Assembly: GCF_036588685.1 (NCBI RefSeq)
Contig: NC_086373.1
Coordinates: 23,746,001 to 23,810,000 of the forward strand
Length of the DNA: 64,000 bases
Direction of reading: 5' to 3'
From: Mytilus trossulus
Taxonomy: Eukaryota
The notes below the pieces were generated by a model. The model did no database searches and was not told where the DNA came from. It saw nothing but the letters and a program-made list of their open reading frames with translations. Positions 43,601-58,600 of this stretch are shown here, piece after piece (the stretch's first letter is position 1; each line of letters starts with the position of its first letter). The position numbers and the translations under genes were made by a program.

Positions 43601-46600
43601 AACGTTTACACTGAGTGTACATTATCAACATATGATCAGGCAAAGCATATGACTGGACTCGGTGAGGGTGATTTTTTTTATCATTAACTACATTTTCATA
43701 ACACACTTCCAAAATTCCCCGTTTCGCGCTGACTGAATAATATAGTAATAACATGGTATACGCCAATAAGATAAATGATGGATTGCAGCTGCGCCGACGG
43801 GGATTATTTTGGTACCCGGGGATTATTTCTGTGGTACCGCAACGGAAGCCGGATTGGCTCAGACCAGATGAACGGAGAGCAAATGCACATGTACCCTCCT
43901 TTCTTTCTTTATTCTTTTCTGTTAAATCAAATGAGTTAAATCATATATACTTCCTATATTCTAGTTCTATATATTTTTATATTAATTTATCTCATAAAAT
44001 TACTCTTTTTTTGTGCCCACCGGAAGCGCTGAGCATTGTCCAATATTAACATTTCAACGTACGATGTCAGTGGTGGATCCAGAAATTTCATAAGATGGGA
44101 CCCACCGACTGTCTAAGAGGGAACCCGCTCCAGTCATGCTTCAGTGGTTCCCTTTATAATCTTTATCGATAATATGTTTATTATTCTCACTATCTGTTTA
44201 CTTGCAATTGTCTTCTTTTATTGACTAAGAAATTATTAACATTATCCCACTTTTCGCTCGTGTCTGTTCCAATGAAGCTGAAATTAATTCATCCATTCAT
44301 AATAGTCAACAACTTTTATTAGTATGAATACTTGGAGATGTGGAATATACATAAGTGAGACAGCAGTCTAACAAAGACCGCAGTTATCTGGAGGCAAAAA
44401 ACACTGCCTATAACAATACGAAAATGTATAATATAATACGTCAACTTTTACTTTAGGAGCTCAAAGAGCAGAATGCATTTGATATCTTAGATCCCGATAT
44501 GAAATTTAAAGACGGCAGAGGATTACTTAATTTTCTTTTATCTCTATGTATATGAATTCTTCTTTAATGAAAGGTAAATTCTTAAGTAACTGTTCGCTTT
44601 GTATTAACCCCCCCCTATTCAGTCATTAATGTAAATAGTGAGAGAGAAGACAGAAAACTATATTGATTTGTTGTATACTTGTCTGAACAATTAATATTAA
44701 TAAGGCTGGATTCTAAAAACTAATGAAGTCAGTAAAATGAACGTACATTAAACACATATGGTTGTACATAAGATCAAATACGATAATGATTGATTTTATA
44801 TATACTTACATATATAACCTGTTTGAGGGATAGGTTAGTCATACGCCAATATTTAAATATAATATACATGTCAGAATGTAGAATGGCAATCTTTAAAACA
44901 ATATAAGGACATTTCAGTGCATTTAAGTGCAGTTACTAACTACGTCTATTTCATGGAATATATACATGTCAGAATGTAGAATGGCAATCTTTTAAACAAT
45001 ATAAGGACATTCCAGTGCATTTTGGTGCAGATACTAAATTTTTCATGATATATATAACTGGCTGTTCAAAGTATTTATGAATTTGCTGATTACGAAACAA
45101 TGTTGTCATACACTCTAATATCGGAAGCTGTATTCCACACAGTTACGTCATCAACATTTTGGGAAGATATATTCTCTGTAATGTCATTCGTAAATTAATA
45201 CGGAATTTCAATGCAGAAAATTGAAAGAAACCTTTTATTATTGTTCAAAACTATAAGTAGAACGTTGATATTAACTGTAAATATAAAGTTAAAATGACTT
45301 GTTTGACATCCCCGGTTAATCTAGTATAGTGTCCGTCCACAAAAGTTAGGAATCTTTTCAGCGGTTGTTTTAATCTTAATCTAAATATAGTGTCCTCTGG
45401 AAAATGTGGTATTTTTTGCCGAGCTTTTATATCCTCTATTAAATTCAATCATTGACAACTATGTCTAGACTCGGGGCGATTAAGACACTGTCAATAATTG
45501 ATGACCATCTGTTTTAAGTGTATTTTTATGAAAAATTTGCCATGGCTGGGACTATGTTAGTATAATACAATGAAAAAGGAATTGTCTCCAAAGGTTACGA
45601 AATTCATACCAACTTTAGAGATTTCCTTATGATATTTTAAACAAATAATGCTGTAAATTGTCAATGTACAGATAGTCCCATGCAGTCACCTGCAAAACAT
45701 AGATTATCATGATTATGGTCACTTAGGAGATGAATGCGTTTTACCAATGGTAAAGCATTTAAATGTTCATTCTATATTTACGATTAGTTCCCGTATATGT
45801 ATATATACAAAATTGACTTAAATGATTTTGGCTGTTTTATATATTTTGGGGGTTTAATGAGTGTGTATTTGTATTTCTAACCTTCTATATAGCTCACGCG
45901 TGCACTTGACGAAAACCTTTTCAGTAACAAGTGTCATGCTCCTTACAGATCTCCTCTTCGTGGTTTGATTTGTCAATTTTCGTTTTGATATTGGTGATTT
46001 GAATTCGATTTTCAAAAGGACTTTTCAGACTTTGTTCTTGGTCTCGAGCGTACAAAATAGAAGTCATTCTATAATCACGATCACGTGTCGTGTACAGTGA
46101 AATCGGTATCATACATCTGTATTGCTTGGAAAAAAACTGACACAGATACCAGCTGAAATGGTGAAACTATGTTTATGAAGAAGATATACGCATGGAAAAG
46201 AAAGGATATGATGTATAAATTATTTAAACAAAATCACACAGAACAATACAATTAAAGGAACAGCGCTTTTGTTGGTGTTCTGTATCATAATGTAACAGCG
46301 AAGTCTTTTACATATAAAAAAATTAAAACTCTCACCCTATTTAAGAATGCAGCTATATATATATATATATATATATCATATGTCAACCAACTTCTACACG
46401 GAAGAACACAACTGCTGGGTGATACCAACAAATAATATATATGGACTAGTATAGATTTTACCTGACAAAGATATTTTTGTGAATACTGTCATGAACTGCA
46501 CAACAACCTTAATACAGGTTACATTAAATGATAGGGATATCGGTGGTCGAGTGGTCTTTGTTAAGTTCCAATACTGTATCGTGAGCCTATCAATACCGAT

Positions 46601-49600
46601 GCTGTGAGTTCGAACACCTCACATGGCAAGTGAGCTCGATTCTAATCTTTCTGGCTAGGAATGTTTTCCTGCCTTAAGGTCGATGCTTCTTTCCGGGCGA
46701 CTTTTCTGTTTGAAGGTTCCTCGTATACCTTCAAGGACGACTTATGTTCTGAATTCAAGCTCTAGTCTATTTCAATATATTGTTACATAAAAAAGATTAG
46801 ACTGTACATAATACCTTTGTAAGAGATGTAAATATTTAAAGAAATAAGATAATAGAGAGATTTTCTTTAAATTATATCAGACATTGAATCAGTCACGTAA
46901 TCTTTTCTAAGCGTGAAACTATTGTTGAATTATCCTTAATGGTTCACCCTCTAGGGAAATTTTTTAATCAGCGAACACATTTTTTATACTCATATCAGTT
47001 TACATTGAAACATTGTGATAAATGCCACTTTTACTTTCTATAAGGGCTAAGCTTTGTAAATGCAAACGGTGGATTTAACCAGGTTTTAAGTATTACCTTT
47101 CCCTCATTTGAATGGAATTTACTTCCGTTTAAATAATTTCTTTGAACAAGAGAAATTGACCATTTACCTAAACTGAACAAATCTGTATTAACTTATAAGC
47201 ATACATATAGACGTGTGAAATATAGATAAAACAAGAAACAGATGTAATATATTCAAGCTAAAAGTCCATGTCATCAGCTTTAAAGACTGTTAAATCAAAT
47301 TGCTGTAGACACCCCTATGTAACCTACTATTGGAACGACAGTTACAATATAATCTCTGGTTTCTCCCTAATTGCTATTAAAAACAATAGTCTTGGCTTTA
47401 GTGTACATCATATGTTATAAATTGCGTCCCGATTGTCGAAGTAATGATGGCTTTTGCAATCGTGTTCAGCGAATTCTGATGTGTGTAACCTATTGCAGCA
47501 TCTTCCGTTCCTGTGACCGGGTGAGGTAGATTTGAGGAATTCAGCCGGACCTCTAGTTTACAATTTGATTGGTTTAGAAAGTTTAGTTTAAACACCGTTC
47601 AATGACATGCAATTGTTTACATCGTTAGTCGTCCGGTTGACAATCATTCCACATCTCCTATTTTTTTTAATATATTTAAAAGAGATAATCAAGTTTTTAA
47701 CATAATAGACAATATCCGAATCTACAAGTGTACGTATAACGTGAAGATGTCCACTTTACAGTCCCCCTGAAGACATACGATTATAGTATACTGAACTGGC
47801 TATCATAATCTGCAGGTCCTACCTTTAGAAAACGCTGAAATCGAAGGACTACACATACCTGGATTTATATCTACAAATTTTCGGGCTATATATTATCTTT
47901 TATTGCCTTTGTAATCTACTTTTTTAATAATAGAATAGAAAAGGTGCCGTCATTATCCAGACGTTTGTAACTTGTAGTTTTACACGTTTCGCAGTGTGAA
48001 GAAAAACATACTGCATTTGTACATTCTAACATGTGTACTTGGTTTGAAATAAAGAGTGGGGAAATTTAGACATAACGTTTCTTTTGAGTCTTTTATTTTA
48101 TATCCAGGGGTTTTCTTTATTGTTTTTTCTTTTGTATTTAACATGTATGAACTATGCTTTCTGTGCTGTACTGATACAGAGTATACATGGTTACACCCTT
48201 ATCAGATTTTCTCACAGTATTTCGATCAAAGCATAACTTCAGGGACGGGCCATTGAATTTTGAAGACAGATCTCCAAACCTTTTTAATTACATCTTAAAT
48301 ATAATATCATAGGCTGTGTTTGAAGTTTGGTCCGAGTTTATAACGTTGGGTTTCCAGATCTGCGAGCTTGATTTAGAAGTTGACTTTTGTTTTTATAATT
48401 TTTACGACTTCTTCTACAGTTATTTATTTTGATGGTTATATTACTCATATATTAAAATGTTTGTATTTATTTATTAGAAATGGATCCTGTGTTCTCGAGT
48501 TCATGTTTGGCAGTCGGCAAATATAATATTTGTTTTATTATCACGTGTACTATTTATAATATCAAAATTTATGGGATAATTCTCTACATTAGTTTACATT
48601 AGTAAAGTGTGTACCAAGTCATATGATCCATTTGGTCTTTAATCGGACCATAGTTACTGATGTAGTTTTATTTAGCGCTTGTTAGTGACCTAGTAAACAT
48701 CTCTTAATAATTTCATTTCGGTGATTGTAAATTTAATTTCCCCCAACGGAAACACAATTACCCGGCTTTGGAAAACCTCTTTATTTAGTGTTGGATCTTG
48801 CTGTTGTTGTTATATTAAACCAACCCTCAATGAAAAAGCCTTAAGCCATGCATACCCAAAGCGGATGGTTGGTTCAGAAGTTTTGAATTGCGATTTTTGA
48901 AATACTGTTATACAAAAGAACCACAAGGAAACCTTTATTCCTTTTTGTAAATACATATTCAAAACGATTTCCCAAATTTCCATTCTCAATTTTATTGACT
49001 GTACTTTAGCAACACAAAATATTACTACTATTGGGGGGTGTTTAACTTCCTCGACTAGCCGTGAAGGTCTCGTGGTAAGGACACAATTTCAAGTAAGCTT
49101 CAAAATTGATTCATTGTTAATTTACTAACAAAACTGTGCTGAATTGTTGATTAATGCTCAACTTCCAGTTGCAAACATAACAGGAACAGCAGATTAAAAG
49201 TATGGTAATGTTATTTGAACACTCGTCTAATAATTTTCACCAAATATACTGTTAAATAAAGGTATATAGGGAGAAAAAAAAATTCTCAGACGAGTGCCTG
49301 TGGATTTAAAGATCTTTAAATATGACCCCTGAATTGTACAAGACTGCCTACATGCTAATCCGGGTTCTTATGTGTTAGTTCACAAGTTCACCATAGGAAG
49401 ACATGCTACCCTATACCCTGACACATTATTACGACTCCAAAACAACCAAAAAAGTTCCGGATTGTTTTTTATTATTGCTTTTCTTAATTAAAAATAAATA
49501 AATTAATAGTTCATTACAATTTGATAGACTATAAAGATATAATTGTAAATTTTCCAAATAAATTTCATGACACTTAGAGCAGCAACGGCCACAAAAAATA

Positions 49601-52600
49601 ATCATTATTGTAATTGTTGTTAAAAAGTATCGACAAGAAGTTAATATAGAATGTTTAGAGCTGATTGTTATGTGCTGGTAAATGCCAAAATTTGTGAATC
49701 TCCCTTGTTAAAACATTAACACGTTGTTCTGAATGTGTAATAACTATAATATCAGTATAAATGAAAATAGCTGGTAATTAATTGTATATGTATATATGCA
49801 TTCATAATGCTGAAGAGAACAAAGATTATTGACACAACAAGTCACTGTATTGAAAGGCTAACTGTTCATTTATAAGCAATTGATTTGCGAGGCCATACCA
49901 TATTTAAATGAATTGTCACTTACAAAACCATTATTGATTCCATAAAATCTATGATTAAAATTGTATTCTGTCAGCAACTTCAAAGGAATTAATATTGTCC
50001 ATATTATTTTATACCAGTCAAGGGAGTTTAGATATAACTAATATTATCGTTTATGATTCTCATTTGGTTTTTTTCAGGAATCTATGAAACTGATGGGAAT
50101 GCACGTGTCGATGTACTGGTTGTCATGGTTTATATTTTCATTAATATACATGGTCCTTGCCTGCATCTTCTTCACGATCTTTTTCTCCATTAAACTGAAA
50201 GGTGTTGCAGTGTTTACAAATTCCCAGCCATCTATAGTATTTGTGTTTTTGTTGAGTTACGGGTTATCGCTGATAGGATTTTCTTTCATGGTCAGCACAT
50301 TTTTCCAGAGAGGTAATGCTATAAAAATGCATTTTTTTCTGTCATATAATACAAAAATAAGAAGATGTGGTATGATTGCCAATGAGACAAACTCTCCATC
50401 CAAGAAACCAGAATGACGTTGACATTAGTCCCATTTTTTAATGTTCAGAATTCGAAACGTATATATGCTATCTGTAAAGATATATTTACTGTAAATTGAA
50501 ACAAGGAGTTTATATAAAACTTTTTATTTTCGTGCAATTCATACCATTTAAAAGTACTTTATGATTTACATGTTAGCTGAAATTATTAAAAAATAAATCA
50601 AAAAGGTTGGAAAAAGACGATCAAAGTTTATAAATTTTGAAATAGATGAATTCTTTCAATACTGATACAGTTACCATTAATTTATCTTAATTAATTCAGC
50701 AAGCGTCGCAGCACCAGCCGCCGGAATTATATTCTTCTTGGTATATTTCCCGTACTTTTTCCTGAACCAGGACGAAACGTTTGCCAGTATGACCAGTATG
50801 CAAAAGGGACTAGCATGTGGCCTTAACAATGTTGGAATGGCAATAGGAGTCAAATTAATTGCCCAGTATGAAGGAACAGGTACATTGTTTTATAATGATA
50901 ATAACTTTTTTGGTAGGGGCCGTCCATTGTTTTATAATGATAATGATGATAACTTTTTTGGTAGGGAAATCTGTTCAGACTGTTGACAATATCAGACATA
51001 GAGTACCGTTATGGGTGTTTGGTTTAGGGGAAGACTAAAGTATACAAGAAATGCGTCCACGTCCGTTTTTGCACAAATTTGTCTGTTGCACAACTGATAA
51101 TAAATATTACTTCCTCCCCTGTTACCAGTGTGGAAACCTTAATTAGTTGGATACGCAGGTCATGTTTCCATTTCCTGTATCGTTATATCGTTTAGAAGTT
51201 TGGTTGGGGTAGGCTATTTAAGTACACTTGGCGTTAACGTTCTTATTCGTGCTTTCTTTCTGTAACACACCTCAAATACTACGGACTTCTTCATAAGAAT
51301 TTTTAAGTAGCGCAGCACAGTACCAATTAGGCACGGATTCTAGTATATTTTTAGTTTTCCAGTTTATACCTTTAAATTTCAGGTGAGGGCTTACAGTGGA
51401 CTAACTTTGTTAATCCTCCTACTGTGGATCAGGACTTTTCCATGCTGGCAGTTATACTTATTTTACTTCTTGACACAGTAGTATATATGCTGATTGCTTG
51501 GTACGTTGATGCCATTTGTCCAGGAGATTTTGGAGTTCCACAGCCACTTTATTTCCCATTCACGGTAAGTTGTATCATCAAATGCCAACAAATTAATCAT
51601 CTTTTTCAGTTAATGTAACGGAATGATTTGATACTTGTCCACATAATTTAATATTTTTTCATGACAAAAAAACAATTGACCTAGAGAATAACGCATGAAC
51701 ATTATTTAAAGTCGAAATTTTAACAAATATAAAACATATGCATTTCATACTTAGGTTGATTCGTTTTGATAAAAATTCTATGAAATCATTCGGTATAAAA
51801 GTATTTTGAACTTCGTTAATTTGATTGAGACAATAGTTACGAGTCTTTTTAGACCAAACTTGCGTCTGGCGTCTTCAATTACAATTGAAAATCGTTAATT
51901 TGACTATTAAGAATACATTTTTCTATTTTGCCTTAGAAAATGAATACATAACATGTAAATGAAAATTATTCTAATTATCAGTTTAGCTGAAATGCATGTA
52001 ATGCGTATTATGAAAAAGTGGGAACAACCAACATTTGACGAGGGCAATCAAGAGTACGAATAATAAAAAAATGACATATTTTTTTAGATGATCAGATGAT
52101 AAGACATTTTATTTGAGTGGGCATTTAAAAATATTTGTTTTACTGTATTTTGTTATTGTCATTTGTAGAAAACTTACTGGTGTGGTCAGGAACATGCAGA
52201 AGATTTCGACGATCTTCGAACATCACATACAGCTAATCCAGATTTATTTGAAAGAGAACCAAGTGGTCTAAAAGTTGGAATCAGCATTGAAAATCTCCGG
52301 AAGGTACGTTGACACACAATACTCGATATCAATGGAAAACGTATCTTTTTGTAGGGTGATTGATATCCAGAATCCTTATTTACAATTTTTTTTTTATTAC
52401 ATTGCTGTATGTAACCTCAAGCAAAGTTGACATTATAATTTGGTTGTTCTAGATATCATTCTATATTAATTGAACATACCAGACGCCCATGGGATTTTTC
52501 ATTTTGAGCTAGTCTTCACCTTTTTTCTCCAACTTATCGTCAATGTAATCCTCGAATACTACTGAACACATTGGAGTTTTACTTGACATGAAAGACATAA

Positions 52601-55600
52601 CGGATGACTGTATTTGAGCAGGAAATTGTAACCCAAATGAGCACCTGAATAATAACCGGTTCGTGTTGTTCAATCTTTACTATACTGTATAATGTATTAT
52701 TAACTGTTGTGTTTCTTTTTAAATTTAGATATGGTATTGTCCGTCTAATTTGACTTATTTTTTATTAGCCCCTATGCTTTTTTCTTACCTTTTTCATTAA
52801 GTTAAACATGATCGTGTGCTTTGATGTTTTACTGAAATATCGACAGAAAATTACATTCCTGATAATAAACTGTGTACAAATTAGTCACTAAAAGTCTCTA
52901 ATTTTCCATTGAAATGTACTTTTGGTGTTTATATATCGATCGGTTTTTTTTAAAATTAATTTATGAAATTTATGAAAATTCCAACGAAACATTTTCAGGT
53001 CTATGGAAAGGGGAAGAAAAAAAAGGTTGCTGTTGAAAATACCACTCTCAATGTGTTTGAAGGTCAGATAACAGTACTTCTAGGTCATAATGGTGCAGGA
53101 AAAACAACAACTATGTCTATGTTAACTGGTGAGTCAACAATGGAATAAGGTTAACTTTTTTTTAAAGTGAGATTCAAGCTCTCTAAAAAATGTGCTGTAT
53201 CAGAATGTTTGATCTAAATAAAATTACAATATTATGTTATCTAAATAAAAGCTGAGTTAATTGAAAGCATGGTGCCTTTTCCGTTTGCATTCTTCCAGTT
53301 CCACAAGCTATTACTTTCATTAATGTGAAAGTAACAAGCATTTTTCTCTTCTTTCAGGCTTTATACCACCAACAAGAGGAACAGCAAAAATAAATTCCTA
53401 TGATATAAGAAAGGACATGACGAATGTAAGACGTAGCCTGGGGCTATGTCCACAGCACAACATACTCTTTGATACGCTCACAGTCAAAGAGCATTTGATT
53501 TTTTACGCAAAGGTAACCTATAAGTTTCGTCTTCTGCGTTTTTGCCTTTGCAACGTCATCTTTATTTAGATTTATAATTATTATATTAAAATTGTACATG
53601 TTCGTCCGTCAGGGTTTATCCCACCTTGATTAGATTCAGGTTGTGTTGGCATATCCCAGATACTGTAATCAGTGTGTTATGGATATGGAATGATTTTAAT
53701 GTGTACCTGTACTCTGGAAAGGTTCATCTGATCATGGTTTCATTTTCATGTTCATGAGAGAAACGTTAAGCTTTCGAGGTTGAATTCGATTTACAAATAC
53801 TAGAAGGAAAACGTGTACCAAAAACCAATCCGCTTTAATCAAAAAGTAAATATGTGTATCCAAATCCATTCTGCGTTTTTGCTTTATGAAATAACCAGTT
53901 AGCTTAAATAACACAAGTAATTACGGTTTTAGGATAACATTCATTATTAGAAATTTAAAATGTTCAATAAAGGCAACAGTAGTATATCGCTTTTCAAAAC
54001 TCATAAATCCATGGACAAATAACAAAATCGGGGTAACAAACTAAAACCGAGGGAAACGCATTAAATATAAGAGGAGAACAACGACACACCACCGAAACGC
54101 ATAACACACACAGAAACGGACCAAGCATCAGACAAAATCCCACGAGAATAACACATATAACATCTAAACCAAATACATGAATTTGGGATAAACAAGTACC
54201 GTGCCACGTCTTATCTTAATATCTCAAAAATAAGAGAAAACAAACGACACAACATTAAAATGCAACACACACAGAAAAGAACAATAATATAACAATGGCC
54301 ATCTTCCTGACTTGGTACAGGACATTTTTAAAGGGGAATAAAAATGGTGGGTTGAACCTGATTTTGTGGCATGCCAATCTGTTTTAAAATTGAATAATTT
54401 AAGAATAAGTGATCATGTTCAAGAGATCGGTGATATCGTGATTTTGTTTTTTATAAATATTTTATGCTTTTTGAAATATATATCATAAACACATAACCAT
54501 CATATAAATATAAGATACCAATTTATCTAAGAGCAGACACCAACTTGTACATGACTTTCCATGCGTCAGATAGATTTGTGAAACGTTCTTAACTAGGGGC
54601 AACAGCAGATTTTACCATTTGATTAGGGACAATTTCCTGTCTTAATTTTCCTAAGAGCATACATATGTCATAAACATTTTTACCTCAGTAGTTGAACCTC
54701 TCTGTTTATATCAATAAATATTTTTTGATATTAACAGATGAAGGGCTGTCCAAGTAACCAAATTTCAAAGGAAGTGGACGAAATGGTAAAAATAATTGGT
54801 CTGGAACAGAAGTTAAACAGATATTCAATGACATTATCTGGTGGGCAGAAACGAAAGTTATCAGTTGGAATCGCATTGATAGCAGGCTCAAAGGTAGGAA
54901 CCTTGTTGGAACAACCACTTTACAAGCATGGGTTAGGAATACATAGCAATTACATTGAAACTATTGCAAACTCCCTTCTCCACAATTGATTGCTTTCCCA
55001 TATAAGTGGAAAATCATATTCCCAATGCGAAACATTGTGTTATAAATGTTTATGCAATACCCTCATAATGCTTGATCGTTTAATTATTGAATTTAGACCA
55101 TCAAATTTTAAAGAAAAATCGGATAGATTATTTGTAAAAAGACAAACTTTATTTGGAACAATAAACATGACACACAGTAAGTTATATTTACTCTTTCGAT
55201 TATTTGTGTTTAAATAAAGGCAACAGTAGTTTACTTCTGTTCAAAACTCATAAATCAACAGAAAGAAAACAAACCCGGCATTTGCTATACAGGCAACAGT
55301 ACAAGTATACTGCTGTTCAAAAGATATAAATCAATAGAGAGAATACAAACCCGGCTTTGGCTATACAAGCAACAGTACTAGTATACTGCTGTTCAAAAGT
55401 CATAAATCAATAGAGAGAAAACAAACCCGGCTTTGGCTATACAGGCAACAGTACTAGTATACTGCTGTTCAAAAGATATGAATCAATAGAGAAAATACAA
55501 ACCCGGTTTTGGCTATACAAGCAACAGTACAAGTATACTGCTGTTCAAAAGATATAAATCAATAGAGAGAAAACAAACCCGGCTTTGGCTATACAGGCAA

Positions 55601-58600
55601 CAGTACTAGTATACTGCTGTTCAAAAGATATAAATCAATAGAGAGAATACAAACCCGGTTTTGGCTATACAAGCAACAGTACTAGTATACTGCTGTTCAA
55701 AAGTCATAAATCAATAGAGAGAAAACAAACCCGGCTTTGGCTATACAGGCAACAGAACTAGTATACTGCTGTTCAAAAGATATAAATCAATAGAGAGAAT
55801 ACAAACCCGGTGTTGGCTATACAAGCAACAGTACAAGTATACTGCTGTTCAAAAGTCATAAATCAATAGAGAGAATACAAACCCGGCTTTGGCTATACAA
55901 GCAACAGTACAAGTATACTGCTGTTCAAAAGTTAGAAATCGATTGGAGAAAAACAAATCTGGGTTTCAGACTAAAATCGAGGGAAACACTTCAAATATAA
56001 AAGGAAAACAATGAAATAACAAAACACAGAAGTGCAACAAAAACAAAAAAAAATAAACCAATGCAACATACATATTAACGAACTATCATATAACAACTGC
56101 CATATCCCTGACTTAGTGAAGGACATTTTAAAAGGAATAGTGGGTTCAACTTGATTTTGTGGCTAACAAAGTCTATCCTTCATTTGCTTAATGGGATTAT
56201 CCTGTTCACTGCTTTGATCATAATATTAAATAAAGAACTAGCTTGTTATTATCATTACCCTTGGTGTAAAAAGATACGTTAAATGTGAACTGCAAGTATT
56301 CAAAAGTATCTGCTGTGCTATAACATAGTAATGTGTATATTGCTAGTTTGTAATGCTTGATGAACCTACATCTGGTATGGACCCAGCCGCTAGACGACAA
56401 ACTTGGGATGTCCTACAGAAGTTTAGAAAAGATAGAACATTAGTTCTCACAACACATTTTATGGACGAAGCGGATCTTCTTGGAGATAGGATCGCTATAA
56501 TGGCTGATGGTGTAGTGAAGTGTTGTGGAACTTCACATTTTCTCAAGAAGAAATATGGTACGTTAAAGTAGCAGCTACTTTGAACAGATTTGACAGCAGC
56601 ATTTGTACAAAAGAATTTCAAAAACAGAAATGATATTTCATATGGTTTTTTTTATTTACAAACACGTCATATTTCTTTATCGTTGTATTTCAATAGAATG
56701 TTATGCATTAATTTCAATACGCTATAAAAGGCTTTTTTTCATGTGATATTTGTGTTTGTCGATTTTATATTAACAAGAATGCACACGTTGTTATCATAAA
56801 CAAACCTAACTCGTAATTGAAAGTATAAGTAAAACGGAAGTAAGTTTCTTACATATCCGACAATGTCGCAAACGCCTAAGCTGCTAACGAAATATCATGC
56901 CTGATTATATGCATTTTTTGTTTGTATTTAAAGGTGCAGGATATCACCTTGTAATGGTAAAGAATCAGTCTTGTAACGTTGGTACAGTCACACAACTTAT
57001 TCAGTCTCACATACGTACTGCAACGCTAGAAAGTAATATTAGTGCAGAACTATCATACTTGCTTCCATTTGATGAGTCGAGCAAATTTGAGGACCTGTTT
57101 AAGGATGTTGAGGCAAAGAAAAGTCAGCTTGGGTTAACAAGTTTTGGAACTACTGCTACTACTATGGAAGAAGTCTTTCTTAAGTAAGTGTGAAAGTAAA
57201 TCTTAAGGACACCGACAAAATAACTGGACTCAGTAACGTAAAGTTTATTTTCAAGTAAACGAAACCGAACATTATGAAAAAAGAAAAAAAGAGAACAGAA
57301 ATCCCAGAAAATCTTTATGAAAAATCAACACAGGGTGTTGACAGGGTGAACTTTTCATTATATATACACTTCATGTACCAATCAATGCCATGTGAAGTCC
57401 AGGAGGAGGTTAATCTGATATGTATGTAAGAGTCAGTGATATATGATCTATGATGATAAAACATGTAAGAGTTGCCTCTGTCAAGTATATTGATTTAATA
57501 AGTATTGAAACAACCTTTGAATGGATTTTGCTTAACTTGTATATATAATAAATCCAAATGCAGGCTAAAAAAAAGGAACAACGTGTGAATCATGAAATTT
57601 CTTCTAATGGAAAGATTTCTCTAATTTGAAATGATCTTGAATCAATTCATACAAATGTCCCAAGACATATCGTTACTGCAACAGACAATCTCCTTTACTG
57701 TGAATTAAGCTAGGTCTCAGAGGAGTAAGGTTCACATGGTGTCTTTATGTTACAATAGAGCAAAGTAAATCAAAGTCCCGTAACTCTTTCACAACTTCAA
57801 ATTTCTTTTCGGCCCTTGGTGGCCAAGTGGTCTATAAATTAGTTCATCTATAGTCAACACTGACGTTGTCAGTTCTAACCCCGTAAACGACTTGTTCATT
57901 GAACTCCAATTTTAGGATTATTAGTTTTCCTGCTGAATGTGTGCTGATTTCTCGGGGTATTCCGACTTCCTCCCCAATAAAATACTGGTATCAATATAAT
58001 AGGCATTAGTGCTGAAATAAGCATTTATCAACACATTATCAAGTCAATACAATTTGTCTAAAACCACTGCTTCTTAATCCATTTAAAGGGTTGGTGCATC
58101 TGCTACTGATGACGACGAAAAGGATCAAAACGGTGAAGCAAATGTTCTTTATCAAAATCAAGCTTTTGCGCATGACGAGAAAAGACCAATGAGTGATATT
58201 AGTGCAATTGTTGATACAAAGAATGCTCCACCACTCGAAAGTAAAATGAATGGCGATTCAACAGAGAAAAGATCAAGTTTTAATGAAACGCCACCATTAC
58301 CCAATATAAATGGACAGTCTAAATCCAACAATGTAACGCAAAATGGAACGTATAACGGTACGTATAGAGTATGAATATCTTAATGAAATTATTTAAGTAA
58401 TGAAACCATGAAGGTAATTAGAAATCGATACTGTACTACACATGTCAATAATTTGTAGTTTGTAATGCTTTGTTATATTAGGAGGCAAGATGGAAATTCA
58501 TAAGAGAGACTATTAGGTTGAACACCAAACAGACAAAGCAATATCAAGCAAAACTATTTCAATAGAATAAATGTTATAAAAACCCACAGACTTCGCTACA

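Noticed and set aside
46541-46625. Possible tRNA genes here and at 57811 and 29696
   Set aside because: A/B boxes present but no cloverleaf; they continue into SINE body sequence
47522-47543. TGAGGTAG, the let-7 5' end
   Set aside because: Only 8 nt match; the rest does not match let-7 and there is no proper pre-miRNA hairpin
47300-48900. Possible solo LTR or retroelement remnant in ABCA intron 3
   Set aside because: Could not define TG..CA ends with a TSD or any RT/integrase peptide
55220-55930. Regular repeats with internal palindromes resembling a CRISPR array
   Set aside because: No unique spacers; whole 76-bp units repeat; eukaryotic intron with no cas genes
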